A stretch of DNA of 64,000 nucleotides from a virus. Its lineage: Duplodnaviria; Heunggongvirae; Uroviricota; Caudoviricetes. The notes below the pieces were generated by a model. It had not been told where the DNA came from, did not search any database, and saw only the letters and a list, made by a program, of their open reading frames with translations. Below are positions 9,581 to 20,416 of this stretch, in pieces. Location of the stretch: the IMG/VR virus record IMGVR_UViG_3300043406_000147. The stretch is one strand, 5' to 3'. Numbering within the stretch: the first letter of the stretch is position 1; the number at the start of each line of letters is the position of its first letter. The translations under genes and the position numbers were made by a program.

Positions 9581-10017
9581 TGGCGATGTCTTGTGCATAC
9601 ATGGGGACGGGCACCCCACAGACAATCTTTGATCGAACAGTAACGACGCTGGTCGAGAAGATCGTGGACAGCGGAAACCTCATCTACGATGAAGGAGTCC
9701 CTCGGAATGTGAGGGAAAATGGGGCGCTGATCGTGGTCAACTGCCCTGGTAGTACGGTTTTGTTTCTGTGCTACGTCCTGCCTGGCGCTGCAAATCTGCT
9801 GCCGCTGTACTACGACATGTCCAGCCGAACGGTGAAGAAAACACCGTCTCTGGTGCCTGGCGCTACGTTCACCTGGCTCAACGCCAGCATCACGAGTGCT
9901 GCCGAAGAGCACAATGCGGGATCACGAATGCTCAAGATCGTGGGCACCTACTCTGGCGGAGCGTTTACACCAACGTCCGCCTACGCCACCAAGAAAGATC
10001 TGCTGCCAACACCATGA
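9580..10017 (+). CDS. hypothetical protein
   Basis: A 145-aa ORF whose start overlaps the previous stop (TGATG). Confidence 0.45.
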   Translation: MAMSCAYMGTGTPQTIFDRTVTTLVEKIVDSGNLIYDEGVPRNVRENGALIVVNCPGSTVLFLCYVLPGAANLLPLYYDMSSRTVKKTPSLVPGATFTWLNASITSAAEEHNAGSRMLKIVGTYSGGAFTPTSAYATKKDLLPTP

Positions 10018-10547
10018 AGCATTACCCACCAGCTGACTTTGTAGAAACTCCGCTGGTGCGGGGTCTTTATATCAACAAAGATCGCAAGGTCTTTAATGCG
10101 ACAACCGGAACTTACCCTAAACCGGTACGGCATAGAAAGCACGGGTACATTAATGTCAATTTCTACGACTCCAGCGAAAAGACAACGATCATGGTGTCTC
10201 TCGCTAGGCTCGTGGCAAGTTGCTTTGTTGCTGTTCCCGATGAGCTGAAACACTTGGCTTATGACGGATTGACAATTCGTTTCAAGGACGGTAATCGAGA
10301 AAACCTGAGCAACGACAATTTACTTTGGGTTCGGTCCGGAACATTCATCACGCCGAAAGGTCCTAATCAAAGTGCAATCTTAACTGATGCTCTAACTGGG
10401 GAAGTGTTGAATTTTCCCACAATTGCCGAGGCTGCACGTCATGTAGGTGTAGAGCCGGCACAAGTCTATGTTTGGAAAGTCAAGGGTTTTCCAAAACATC
10501 ATCGTCAATACAGTTGGGATTTCCCAGCTAAACCAAGTGAGGCTTAG
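10014..10547 (+). CDS. HNH homing endonuclease (HNH_3-type with a C-terminal NUMOD/IENR-like HTH)
   Basis: Motifs HRKHGYINVNF, SLARLVASCF and IRFKDGNRENLSNDNLLWV, plus C-terminal AEAARHVGV...VYVWK. ATG at 10014 overlaps the upstream stop (ATGA). Confidence 0.55.
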   Translation: MKHYPPADFVETPLVRGLYINKDRKVFNATTGTYPKPVRHRKHGYINVNFYDSSEKTTIMVSLARLVASCFVAVPDELKHLAYDGLTIRFKDGNRENLSNDNLLWVRSGTFITPKGPNQSAILTDALTGEVLNFPTIAEAARHVGVEPAQVYVWKVKGFPKHHRQYSWDFPAKPSEA

Positions 10548-10549
10548 AA

Positions 10550-10960
10550 ATGAAAAGTGATATGTCTGCAATTGCTGAAAAGGCTCAGAAGTTTCATGAC
10601 ACCACAGTCAAAAAGAAATGGAGATACTACGGCGGTACGTCGAAGAAGATGATCCCGGTTGTTGAGGACTACGGGGTTGTGCTCGTGGAACATGGGGTCT
10701 CGTACCTCTACTACTGGGAGCGTGACATCGGTAGTCGCCCGGTCTATCTCGGTCGAGGCTGTGTCATCGAAGAACCCGACACCACCACGTTCCCGCAAAT
10801 GGATGAAAGACATTGGCGGATGCGTGATGTCTCGGCAATGTTCGACAAGCAAAATGAAGATCACCGAGAAGGTCGCTCGCGGCAATACGTCTCGCACTGG
10901 TTTTCGAAAATCACTGGGCGGTTTCACGAGACCGCGTACTTCAAAGAACTGAACCAATAA
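10550..10960 (+). CDS. hypothetical protein
   Basis: A 136-aa ORF packed tightly after the HNH gene. Confidence 0.45.
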   Translation: MKSDMSAIAEKAQKFHDTTVKKKWRYYGGTSKKMIPVVEDYGVVLVEHGVSYLYYWERDIGSRPVYLGRGCVIEEPDTTTFPQMDERHWRMRDVSAMFDKQNEDHREGRSRQYVSHWFSKITGRFHETAYFKELNQ

Positions 10961-10972
10961 GGAAAAACCCGC

Positions 10973-11425
10973 ATGCTGCTCATCACCTTTCTCCTGGACC
11001 GGGGCATTCGTCTGAGCGAATGGCGCAAGTACGAAGCCGAAGTGGCGCAGCTCACTCGGGTGACGGCTGGCACGACGTTCAACACGTCGATCCACGCCAA
11101 GACCGAAAAGCAAGCGCAAGCAATCGTCACGCAACTCTCCCACGATGACGTTGTGGAACTGGTGGCAAACGAGTGGGGAAAGATTGAAGGCGTTCTGCGC
11201 ATGGCGATCTCCCAGAAGTGCAACGAAGCCAACGTGTCCGGCAATGTGCGCAAGAACATCCAGCGTCTGGACCGTCGCTTGAACGGCAAGCTGCTCCGTG
11301 CAAAAGAGGAGTTTGTGATCAAGACGCGTACGCGCGTTGAGGGCCCTAACGGCGTGCGTTATGTCGAACGTGGCATTTCTCGCTCCGAGGTGGGTGCTCG
11401 CCAGAAGTACCAGCTTTTGAAGTAA
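10973..11425 (+). CDS. hypothetical protein
   Basis: A 150-aa ORF with an AAGGAAAAA RBS. Confidence 0.5.
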   Translation: MLLITFLLDRGIRLSEWRKYEAEVAQLTRVTAGTTFNTSIHAKTEKQAQAIVTQLSHDDVVELVANEWGKIEGVLRMAISQKCNEANVSGNVRKNIQRLDRRLNGKLLRAKEEFVIKTRTRVEGPNGVRYVERGISRSEVGARQKYQLLK

Positions 11426-11473
11426 GCAGAAGGGGGTGTCTTTCGGCACCCCTTGAAACAAGGAGCGAGCAAA

Positions 11474-11920
11474 ATGAGACAGTATTGCGTTGGGCACTCT
11501 CCGGAATTCTTGGCCAATGACCTGAAAGCATTTCTCGATCGAACTGACTGGAGCCTTCGTCACTGTGGTCGACCAGAAGTCATGTTTGAAGTAGGGTTTG
11601 TTCGGGAGTATTACCTTGGGACAAACAACCCAAAATGGTTGGCTACGATTGGTGGTGTCTGGGGATCTTGCCCTTATTGGGGTCCTGGCTTTGCCTACCT
11701 CAACAAATCTGGTAGCGACAGCTTTCTACCATGTCCACTCAAGCAACAGCCGGACACTCACCTGGTGATTGATGACCCCGATTTCAAAACGGACACAGAA
11801 AGAAAGATCAACAATTTGAATGAACTTCTCGGTGCGCGCCGAGGAATCATCACCCACTGGTTTCTACGAGGGGATGCCAGCATCACGCAGACAAAGATGT
11901 TTTTGGAGTTGTCTCGCTGA
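11474..11920 (+). CDS. hypothetical protein
   Basis: ATG at 11474 after an AAGGAG RBS. The TTG at 11453 in the ORF track is rejected. Confidence 0.5.
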   Translation: MRQYCVGHSPEFLANDLKAFLDRTDWSLRHCGRPEVMFEVGFVREYYLGTNNPKWLATIGGVWGSCPYWGPGFAYLNKSGSDSFLPCPLKQQPDTHLVIDDPDFKTDTERKINNLNELLGARRGIITHWFLRGDASITQTKMFLELSR

Positions 11921-11934
11921 AACATCGACGATGC

Positions 11935-11980
11935 AGCATAATAGCCGGGCTGAGCCCGGCTATTATGACGTTTCTTTTTT
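11935..11980. terminator. bidirectional rho-independent terminator between converging genes
   Basis: Hairpin GCATAATAGCCGGGC-TGA-GCCCGGCTATTATG followed by a T-run. Confidence 0.6.
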
Positions 11981-11985
11981 TTTTC

Positions 11986-14967
11986 TTAGATCCCGATGCC
12001 GTGCTTCACAAACGTGACGGTCACGTCTTCTTCGATCGACACCGAATCATCCACATAGTGAACGAGCCGTTTGCGCAGACCAAGCCGAGCACTGGGATCG
12101 ACCAGTGTCAGTGCTGCCATCTTGGCTGCGCCTCCAATTCCAGACACCTCCACATCAAGAACATCTTCCTGATAGGAGTCTCTCAGCATCGATTCGATTT
12201 CCGACACAGTGATTGTTTGCTTGTCAAAAGCTTTGTCGATGACCTTGATGGTATTGGTTGTCAGTGCTGAGCAAAGCTCTTGGTCTTCGTAGACCATCGG
12301 GGAAACATAGAGCTTGACCTTGATGCTCTGTGAGGAGCTGATCGTAACGACTTCGTTCTTCGAGTCCAGCACCTGGACGTTGCCCGTGGTGATTCTGGGG
12401 TAAAAGTAAATGCGAGTTTGTTCCAGCAACTTTGCTTCGTATTGTTGCAAGTCGGTGGTGATCCACTTGATCAGATTTTTGATTGACTCTGTGATGTACG
12501 CATACGTCGTGGTGTCATAGATGAAGTAGTATGCGCCCTCCACTAGGAACACATCGATGATCCGTGTCATGTCACGCACAAAGCCTTCCTCAGGCACCGG
12601 ACGTGGGTCGGGTACAAAAATTTCACCTGAAGGCAGTGTGATTGGTGCTTGTTCCGCCATCACGATGTCATTGACACGATAGAGGTATTCCGGTTGATTG
12701 GAGACAGGGTCAAGAACCGGGTCCCCCGCAGAGTGCAGTTTCTTGTAGACCAACTGCCCATCTGCTCCAACTGTGAACGAAGCACCAGTAGCCGGATCTA
12801 CTTCGTAAACGTCCTTGAGATACCGCTTGGGTACGTCAACTGTGTGTCGTGCCAGCGGGATACTCGACTGAACACTTCGGGCACGGGCCCAAAGGTTCTT
12901 CAAGTAAATACCGAACTCGATCGTGAGTCTTTCGTGAGAGACGACGAAATACTTCCGACCTTTCGGGAGTAGGGATGTATCGATTAAATCATCCATCTTT
13001 GACTTCTGATAAGTCAAGGGCATCTCTGTACCCACGATAAAGAGGAAATCAAAAACATCCGTCAAGAGTGCTTTTACAGGCAGGCCATTACCGCCTGATT
13101 TCAAGTTGGTCAGTGTGATGTATCCGTCTTTATCAATATCGAAATTGGTTTTCAACTTGAAAGTAAATGTTCTCTCAGAGCCGGGATCTGACAGGGGGCG
13201 AGGAACTGTCGTGCCCAGTGCATAAACGCGCTGGTCCTGATTTGTAGACTTCAAGGACATCTGCACATATACCCGCTCGTCCGTCAGGTCTCGATAATTC
13301 GAAGACGACTTGGTTCGAATTGAGATGGTATATTCGTCACCGATCTTTGTCACTGAGTAGTTCGAACCAATACCGACCTGGAATCCGGTCGTTGGATTGT
13401 CATCTACGAAGTTTCGTGCGGTGACTTTGGGATCATCAAGGTAATACGGCCGGAGATCGAACATTTCCTCACTGGCGTCGAGAACATAAGCCCACGGTGA
13501 GTAAAAATAGTCGTTCTCTGCGATCTTCTTGGAAATCACAGCTGTGGAGCTGACTGCAAAAGCACTGAACTCATCAGCGGTGACAACCGAAATGACTCCG
13601 TTGTCGTTCTTGTAGAGTGCTTTTGAAGTGATCGTGGTTCGATTAGCGTTGGTGTAGACACCCGCCGAGCCTTCAATGGCATTCATCGACAATGCGACAG
13701 TGGCCATGGTGACACCCATCGGGGTCAGAATGTCTCTGTTTTGAGAGTACGGCATCTTCTTGGAAGCCAAGAATGTTCGATTTGTCAAGGAATCGATCTT
13801 CGCCGTGATGGTGTAGCCGAGATCCAAGATGTCGGCTTGAATTTGAGCATTCGTGATTGGCAGACTTTGGTTACCAATCGCGTTACGCATTACACGAGTC
13901 TTGAGGTCCTTGAACGACAAGCTGTTACGCCCACCACTCACCCGTGTCCTGGAGAAGACTCCGATATCGCGGACATTACGAATTGCGACGTTGAACAGGT
14001 CGTCTTCTTTCTGATCAACGTTGTACCACGTTGCGGAGAATTCCTTCAGCGTGTAGTCTTCCAGATTCATCGAGACATCGCCTTTGGTCTGGTAAACGTC
14101 AAAGCGAATCTGACCATTCAACAGACCACTGGCAACGTAGACACTCGGAATAATTGCAACGACTTTCTTCTCATACACCCGAACCAACACTGTGGGGGTG
14201 TTAGGGTCGTAGACTTGTTGGGTGTGCGTGGTTCTCAGTTCCACCCATTTCCCGTCCTGCATGGCATAACAACGGATGAAGTAAAACTGATCGTCAATAT
14301 CGATGCTGGTTTGCAGACCTGAAGATGCGCTGACGTTGTTGTAAATTGTTTCGATCTTGAACTGACTGGTGGGCACCGTGAACATGATGTACTTCACATC
14401 ACCCGGTGCTGTGGTGGCGACCCAGTCGATTTGATTCGTCTCCAGGGATTGGAGAGGGGAAGTTACTTCATTCAGATAAACAATCTGAAGACCACCATGC
14501 TTCAGCAGTCGGATTTCAATGGGGTACTGAATACTGAATGACACCCCTGACACATGGAACATGGTGTTCCGAGGGATCACCATTCGGTGCATATCTCGGG
14601 AAGCATCATACGTCAGGTTAGAATACAGCTCGTCTTTGCTGATGACAATGGTGAAGTCAGCCGAAGTTGGTTGAGAGAAGCGGCCCTCATAGTCCAGGTC
14701 GGACATGTGCAGGTACAACTCCTCTTCCGTGCTGGCTGCGCTGGGGTAGAGTCGACGAGTGGCTGCTTCCATCTCCTGCATGAACATCGCCGTGTTGACA
14801 CAGCTGGCTTCAAGTGCAAAAACAAACGGGTTTGTGGGGTCGACAATGTCAATGTCACCATTGGTGGCTGTGGAAAGTGCCTTAAGAACTGTGCTCTGGA
14901 TCTTGAGGGGGTTGTACTTGTATTGTGCAACGTCACCCAAGAGGGAGGCAAAAGAAACGGTGGTCAT
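11986..14967 (-). CDS. large virion structural protein (993 aa)
   Basis: A long uninterrupted ORF on the minus strand in a divergent two-gene block. Composition is rich in Thr/Ser/Val/Asn beta-rich segments typical of virion proteins. No enzymatic motifs seen. Confidence 0.5.
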   Translation of the reverse strand: MTTVSFASLLGDVAQYKYNPLKIQSTVLKALSTATNGDIDIVDPTNPFVFALEASCVNTAMFMQEMEAATRRLYPSAASTEEELYLHMSDLDYEGRFSQPTSADFTIVISKDELYSNLTYDASRDMHRMVIPRNTMFHVSGVSFSIQYPIEIRLLKHGGLQIVYLNEVTSPLQSLETNQIDWVATTAPGDVKYIMFTVPTSQFKIETIYNNVSASSGLQTSIDIDDQFYFIRCYAMQDGKWVELRTTHTQQVYDPNTPTVLVRVYEKKVVAIIPSVYVASGLLNGQIRFDVYQTKGDVSMNLEDYTLKEFSATWYNVDQKEDDLFNVAIRNVRDIGVFSRTRVSGGRNSLSFKDLKTRVMRNAIGNQSLPITNAQIQADILDLGYTITAKIDSLTNRTFLASKKMPYSQNRDILTPMGVTMATVALSMNAIEGSAGVYTNANRTTITSKALYKNDNGVISVVTADEFSAFAVSSTAVISKKIAENDYFYSPWAYVLDASEEMFDLRPYYLDDPKVTARNFVDDNPTTGFQVGIGSNYSVTKIGDEYTISIRTKSSSNYRDLTDERVYVQMSLKSTNQDQRVYALGTTVPRPLSDPGSERTFTFKLKTNFDIDKDGYITLTNLKSGGNGLPVKALLTDVFDFLFIVGTEMPLTYQKSKMDDLIDTSLLPKGRKYFVVSHERLTIEFGIYLKNLWARARSVQSSIPLARHTVDVPKRYLKDVYEVDPATGASFTVGADGQLVYKKLHSAGDPVLDPVSNQPEYLYRVNDIVMAEQAPITLPSGEIFVPDPRPVPEEGFVRDMTRIIDVFLVEGAYYFIYDTTTYAYITESIKNLIKWITTDLQQYEAKLLEQTRIYFYPRITTGNVQVLDSKNEVVTISSSQSIKVKLYVSPMVYEDQELCSALTTNTIKVIDKAFDKQTITVSEIESMLRDSYQEDVLDVEVSGIGGAAKMAALTLVDPSARLGLRKRLVHYVDDSVSIEEDVTVTFVKHGIGI

Positions 14968-14992
14968 GTTTGTGTCCTAGGAAAGGTGTGAT

Positions 14993-16099
14993 TTATCTGA
15001 CAAACTTGGGCGAGGTAACTTCTGCCCACTTAGAGTCACTTACTCGCGGAGTCGCTTCAACTCGCGTGGTCACCGCACTGGTAAACTTCTCATACGCCGC
15101 CAAAACAGCGTTGTAAGCTGAGACAGTCACATACCACTCCAGTTCGTGAGTTTCTGGATTGATTCGCGGATAACCCCGATTATTGAAAACTCCAAGTAAG
15201 GAGTACGGGATCTTTTTCATCATTGTTCCGATGAGATCATCCCGCATGCTGCTATTGAAAATGCGCGAGCACTTATTGAACTCATCGATGAGAATAGGAT
15301 CATTGTAGCACGCACCCATGGACTTGAACTGGATGGTGATATCGTTGTTTGAAAGATTCAATGGCGCATCGATTTGGTAATCGAACGATTTTGACAGTGG
15401 ATTTGTGGTTGGGAACGAAGCGCCAGTGCAGCCGATCTTCTGGACATAAGTTTTGGTCGAGTCCAAAACAAGACGCCAAATGCGCGTGCAGTAATCGAGC
15501 CGATTGTGAATGATGTAATCGAAATACGGCATCATGATGCCTTGGAAGACATTCGACTGGTATGCCTCCCACGTTTGGAAAAGAAGCGTGATCGGGTCAG
15601 ACGCCATGTTTCTAAACGTGCAGGTCAAATCGTAAACGCCGTAGAAATCATTCGTCGAGTCAACCATGGCAAAAGCTTCTTTGTAGTAGCCAGGTTTTGA
15701 TGTATATGTGTCCAGCATTTGATCCATCCAACCTGACACACCTGTGCAGTGATTTGTCAGAATTGGAATAAACGGCATTTGCGGATCAACATACGGACAG
15801 GTAATGTTGTCACCATGCAGCCGGGGGTCTAGGGTGCTTCGGATAATTCTTTGAATGGATGCGGGCTCTTGAGTTGTGAGCGGATTGAACTTTCGATCTG
15901 CTCTCAAATTCTCAAGAGTCATGTTCAGTTGGGGCCTGGTGAAAAACGTCAAGCCGTAGCTGTCCTTATTGATCGGAATTGGGGAAGGTGTTTGCCGGTG
16001 GTTAATGCCGTAGAACGCCAACCCCATGCTGGATTCAATAGATCCAACTGGCGTGCTTCTGAAGAGATCGTCGAGTGACGTATTTAAACGAGTAGCCAT
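14993..16099 (-). CDS. hypothetical (probably structural) protein
   Basis: Start set at the internal ATG (MATRLN...) at 16099, because the listed upstream extension overlaps the divergent + gene. 369 aa. Confidence 0.5.
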   Translation of the reverse strand: MATRLNTSLDDLFRSTPVGSIESSMGLAFYGINHRQTPSPIPINKDSYGLTFFTRPQLNMTLENLRADRKFNPLTTQEPASIQRIIRSTLDPRLHGDNITCPYVDPQMPFIPILTNHCTGVSGWMDQMLDTYTSKPGYYKEAFAMVDSTNDFYGVYDLTCTFRNMASDPITLLFQTWEAYQSNVFQGIMMPYFDYIIHNRLDYCTRIWRLVLDSTKTYVQKIGCTGASFPTTNPLSKSFDYQIDAPLNLSNNDITIQFKSMGACYNDPILIDEFNKCSRIFNSSMRDDLIGTMMKKIPYSLLGVFNNRGYPRINPETHELEWYVTVSAYNAVLAAYEKFTSAVTTRVEATPRVSDSKWAEVTSPKFVR

Positions 16100-16138
16100 T
16101 TTCTTTTTTTCACACCTTTGAAATGTTGGAGTAGAGCC

Positions 16139-17368
16139 ATGGGAATTTACGACACCACCACCGAAGCCGCACGTGGCGTGCTGGACGTTGCACGTGACAT
16201 CAACGCAGCGCTGGATGAAGCCGACAAATACACAGGCGGAAAAAGTCTGATTGACGTGTCGAAAAACGCACGTGTCGAGCCGCTGTTCATCGTGGACAGC
16301 GCGCTGCTTGCGTACGAACACATGCCTGATATTGCTCAAACGATGCAATCCATCTTTGCGGGCTACTACCTGCAAGCCGTGGAACACATCACCACAATCG
16401 GTGGGATCAAAGTCACTGACAAGCTGGCTCCTCTGAACCCGAATCGGAAGGTCGACATCGGCCTGATGAGCGAGAACGTGATGGTGCCGTATGCACAGAG
16501 CGCATGCGCCAGCGTGGATGAGTGGCGCCTGAAGGCCGACTCCTACACCTTTACGCTGCCGACCACGAAGAACCGTGTGAAGATCGGCAACGAATCGATG
16601 GTTCCGACCATGAGCACGGAAACGTTGCGCCTTGTGCGGGAACCCATCAAGTCCATCGGCACGGAAGCTGACGATGACAAGAAGGACAAGAACAGCAATT
16701 TCAAAGATGCTGGCAAAGTGATCGGCGAAGTGGCGGCTCTGTCGGTGGGCAAGCTGTACACAATCACGTTGAAAAACGACAAGCAGAGCGTGCCTGTGAC
16801 GGTGGCGATTCGCCTGATGGCCCGCACCATCCCGACCAGCTCACTCACGAGCATCTTCACGTTCAACAACCGTGAGGACATGGATTTCATGGAACGTGTC
16901 CACGGTTGGCGTTCTGGCCGGCTGGAGCTGATCAACGATCTGATCCTGTGCAACGACCTGGTGGATGCCCATCGGAAAAACCTGATCAATGACAAGACGG
17001 GACTCTACCAAGAAATTCTGTCGCGTCAAAACAACGGCCTGGCTGCTGGGCTGCTGGAGCGCAATCCTTCGTTGGCGGTGGCGAGCAACCTCTGTGTCAT
17101 CGACTCATCCACACTGGCGGCGATCGAGATCAAGATGGGTGGGGCGTTCGACAACTACAAGGTTCGTCGCGAGGTGTTCAACACCACCAACATGATGATC
17201 ATGGCTGTGGTGGATCGCGGCTACGATCGGGTGACGTTCTATCACCGCGGTATCGCCACCACCACCGAGATGTCCATCCGTGACATCAAGGTCTCCAACA
17301 AGGGCAATGGTCCGGATGTCACTGACATCCTGAAAGCATTCATGGGTGGGAAAGCCCCTGTTCTCTGA
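16139..17368 (+). CDS. hypothetical protein (possible capsid/virion protein)
   Basis: ATG at 16139 after a GGAG. 410 aa. Divergent from the minus-strand structural genes across a 39-nt promoter region. Confidence 0.5.
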   Translation: MGIYDTTTEAARGVLDVARDINAALDEADKYTGGKSLIDVSKNARVEPLFIVDSALLAYEHMPDIAQTMQSIFAGYYLQAVEHITTIGGIKVTDKLAPLNPNRKVDIGLMSENVMVPYAQSACASVDEWRLKADSYTFTLPTTKNRVKIGNESMVPTMSTETLRLVREPIKSIGTEADDDKKDKNSNFKDAGKVIGEVAALSVGKLYTITLKNDKQSVPVTVAIRLMARTIPTSSLTSIFTFNNREDMDFMERVHGWRSGRLELINDLILCNDLVDAHRKNLINDKTGLYQEILSRQNNGLAAGLLERNPSLAVASNLCVIDSSTLAAIEIKMGGAFDNYKVRREVFNTTNMMIMAVVDRGYDRVTFYHRGIATTTEMSIRDIKVSNKGNGPDVTDILKAFMGGKAPVL

Positions 17369-17408
17369 CCTTCTATTTCTGACCCTCTGACCTTAGGACC
17401 ACGCAAAA

Positions 17409-18299
17409 ATGTTCAGCAAATATCTCTCCCTGCTGCTGCCGAGCTTCGAGCGCTCGCAAGTGATCGCCAGCGCCGAAACCAGCCGGCAAGTCATTCTGGA
17501 GCAAACCCTCCCGTCGATTTCGGGGGCGGAGAAACTCTACGCTGGGAAGAAGCCGGCCAGCAAAGAAGGGCAAGCCCTCGACAAAGCCATCGCCGCGGCG
17601 GTGGGAAACAAGCCACTCTTCACCAACTTGGCGCGTGTTCTCAAGAAGTCCACGGACATTCTTGACTTCTGCATCAAGTACGGTGAAAAAGCTTTCGCCA
17701 ACACGGAAACCAATCGGGCTCTGACATACCCGAAAGTAGCAGTGATTCGCACTGTGGAAGCCAGCGAATACGTCAGCACGTATTGCCGGCGCATGCTGAA
17801 CTACTTCCTGGTGTTCGAAACCATCGCATCGGGTGGTACGACGGCTGCGCTGTCGTCCAGCGAAAAGCTCTGGGTGGAACAAAACCTCCCGGACTTCTGC
17901 ACGGCTCTGAAGTCTCTGGACATCGAAGTGGATGTCTTCGAGCGCATGCTCAAGGATCTCCCTGATGCCGTGGTAAGCGAGCTGGCGGACCGCTCCTTCT
18001 CGAACGTGTCGGGTGTGGGCAAAATCGACCCCATGAACATGCGCAACTTCAGCGCAAAGATCAATCCGTTCTACCTGATTCGGATGACCAAAGCGGCGTG
18101 GGACGCTGAGCGCTATGACTCCGTCAAGGAAGAGCGCAAAATGCTGCAGCTGCGAATGATGCAGTTGGAGCGTCAACGCGACGGCAAGCCCGATGCGAAG
18201 CTCGATGCACAAATCGAGTATCTCCAGAACCGCATCACGGCGCTGAATCAGAAGGCCGAGAAAATGGAGAAGGAATGGCTGAACGGGGACTCCAAATGA
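17409..18299 (+). CDS. hypothetical protein with a C-terminal coiled-coil
   Basis: A 296-aa ORF. The C-terminus (RKMLQLRMMQLERQRD...LQNRITALNQKAEKMEKEW) is heptad-like. Confidence 0.5.
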   Translation: MFSKYLSLLLPSFERSQVIASAETSRQVILEQTLPSISGAEKLYAGKKPASKEGQALDKAIAAAVGNKPLFTNLARVLKKSTDILDFCIKYGEKAFANTETNRALTYPKVAVIRTVEASEYVSTYCRRMLNYFLVFETIASGGTTAALSSSEKLWVEQNLPDFCTALKSLDIEVDVFERMLKDLPDAVVSELADRSFSNVSGVGKIDPMNMRNFSAKINPFYLIRMTKAAWDAERYDSVKEERKMLQLRMMQLERQRDGKPDAKLDAQIEYLQNRITALNQKAEKMEKEWLNGDSK

Positions 18300-18865
18300 G
18301 CGATGTGAAAATCTACCCGAGTGGGTTCATCGGGTCGGCAAAAGTACGTCAAACGAAAACAAAGGGCTTTGAAGACATTGCCCGACGAATCATTGACCGA
18401 GCTGTCAGTTCTGATTCTTCGAACTACACCGCCAGCTTGGATGTGATCGAACTCTGGGATGTCGTTCGGCAAAACAAGCCGGAATTCCGGACGTTCGAGT
18501 TCAAAGAAAAGATCATTGTCACGGCGCTGAACACCTTCGGCGCTTCGACATTGGGGCAGTGGATTGATTTGCAACTGTCCTCCGAGGAGCACAGCTCGCA
18601 TCACACAGCCTGGCTCGAAGAAACAATGGGCTACGTCATTCTGGGTGCTCGACGAAAGCTGAACTATGACAGCTGGACCATGCTTTTGTCTGCGGACGGG
18701 AAGCCCGAAAGAACCACAAATCGTGGTTGGAAGCTCGATCAGCTGTTGAAAGACCGCCCCTACCAAAACATGACGATGCGAAATGTCGTGCTGATGTGGG
18801 TGCAACGCGAAGGCGGGATCAACGATCTGATCGAAAGTCTGTTCGTCTTGTACGGTCCTCGTTAA
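18296..18865 (+). CDS. hypothetical protein
   Basis: ATG at 18296 overlaps the upstream stop (ATGA). 189 aa. Confidence 0.45.
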   Translation: MSDVKIYPSGFIGSAKVRQTKTKGFEDIARRIIDRAVSSDSSNYTASLDVIELWDVVRQNKPEFRTFEFKEKIIVTALNTFGASTLGQWIDLQLSSEEHSSHHTAWLEETMGYVILGARRKLNYDSWTMLLSADGKPERTTNRGWKLDQLLKDRPYQNMTMRNVVLMWVQREGGINDLIESLFVLYGPR

Positions 18866-18886
18866 TCAGAAGGCGAAGGGGTGTCT

Positions 18887-20323
18887 ATGTCTGAGAACAA
18901 CGACAACCTGCAGGAATGGTCGGCTGACCAGGAATACAGGCAACACCCCATCTGCGTCTTTGAAGATGACGAGCTGCATCTTGCAGAGCAGATGGATCAA
19001 AAAACCATTGCCATGGCAAGCGACATCGCAACCAAATGTGATGCCGTGGTTTCCATGGAAGCGGTTGTGAATTACATCGACGTACAAGGTAAGTCGGTGA
19101 CACTGGGCAACACCACCATCGCCATGGCCAACATGGCCATTGGTGGGTTCGCTGATCAAGCAGGTATTTCTACCGATGCTCGTCTGCTTTCGATGGAGAG
19201 TGACGGGTATAGCCAAAGCGTAGACCAGATGAAAAGCGCGATCGACAGCGCTTACTCCGGCATCAAGAAGAAGTTGACATTCTTAGCCAAACATGTGGCT
19301 GAGGTGCTGGCTTTCTTTGGTCGGAATCTGATGAAACTGAAAATCAAGCTGAAGCTGCTGGAGCAGTCTCTGGCTGAGATGAAACAAGAACACCCGAAGC
19401 TCAACGCCATCAAAGCAGAGAACTGGTGCGAATACCTGTGCTACTCAAACAAAGGCTTCGTGGCGGGCTTGGGTGGCATTGGTGAGGCTATTGAAGAGCT
19501 GATTTCGTCACATCGAAAGATGTCGACGGATGCTGTTCACAAGTACACCGGGTGGCTGAAAGACAATCGTGGGTTTTTCAGGGATGCGCCTGACACACAG
19601 GCAGTCGTGGGGCAGTTTGCTGAACTGACTTCGAACTCAAACGAGTTTCTACTGCCCAACATGTCATTGTTCAACCGAACAATTGGGCTGGATGAGCCGG
19701 CTGATGGCTTCGCCTTCTATCGCTCGAAAGAGCTGCCGGGTGGGCGAGCCTTCTATTCGGAAGTCTGTCCTGGAGAAAGCAAGTCCACCGATGTCATCAG
19801 CGCACTGAGTGGCCTTAACTTTCGAGTGGATTACTTCGATCCGACATCCTACAAGACAATGAAGATGAAGGTCGTGGCTGCGGTAGCCATTCCGATGTCT
19901 GTATGGTTGGCGTATGTCAACCCTGCACTCGGACTGGTGGCTGGTGCAGGCACTGCGCTTTATCTGAGCCAACAAAAGATCAACGGGTCTGGCAACGACC
20001 AAGTGCGAATGACAAAAGACATGGTCTACCCGTGTCTGACAAAAGCACAACTGGAGAAAGTCATCCAAGTTGTCAAAGAGAACATCAAGGCCCTTGAAAA
20101 ATGGGATCACGATGTCCTGCAGGATGCTTGGAAAGCAAACGACATTGACGAAGTGATCGCATCGGTCACAGACGGAGAAGTCGAACATCCTGTTCTCAAG
20201 AGTTACTGCAATGCGCTGTTGGCTTTGATTGCCAAGATTGGTTCTGGTGTTCAGAATTACGCATTTCGCGTACTGAACGCAATGATCAACTTTGCACAAA
20301 AAAGTCAAATCCAGTACGTCTAG
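18887..20323 (+). CDS. divergent sixth member of the tandem paralogue family (internal virion protein-like)
   Basis: Shares GI.T..R...MESD......Q.....I.....IKK.L.F.AK...E...FF with the downstream paralogues. RBS GAAGGGG. Confidence 0.5.
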   Translation: MSENNDNLQEWSADQEYRQHPICVFEDDELHLAEQMDQKTIAMASDIATKCDAVVSMEAVVNYIDVQGKSVTLGNTTIAMANMAIGGFADQAGISTDARLLSMESDGYSQSVDQMKSAIDSAYSGIKKKLTFLAKHVAEVLAFFGRNLMKLKIKLKLLEQSLAEMKQEHPKLNAIKAENWCEYLCYSNKGFVAGLGGIGEAIEELISSHRKMSTDAVHKYTGWLKDNRGFFRDAPDTQAVVGQFAELTSNSNEFLLPNMSLFNRTIGLDEPADGFAFYRSKELPGGRAFYSEVCPGESKSTDVISALSGLNFRVDYFDPTSYKTMKMKVVAAVAIPMSVWLAYVNPALGLVAGAGTALYLSQQKINGSGNDQVRMTKDMVYPCLTKAQLEKVIQVVKENIKALEKWDHDVLQDAWKANDIDEVIASVTDGEVEHPVLKSYCNALLALIAKIGSGVQNYAFRVLNAMINFAQKSQIQYV

Positions 20324-20416
20324 GTCGGAATCTTTTGACCACCATGGCCTCAGGCACTTCAGGTGCTTGGGGCCGTTTTATGCTGTTTATCCACAGAACA
20401 CAGGAGTACCGCTAAA

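Noticed and set aside
16100-16387. Upstream extension of the minus-strand gene to 16387 (464-aa version)
   Set aside because: It would overlap the divergent plus-strand gene by 250 nt and lacks an RBS. The internal ATG at 16099 gives a compact divergent arrangement.
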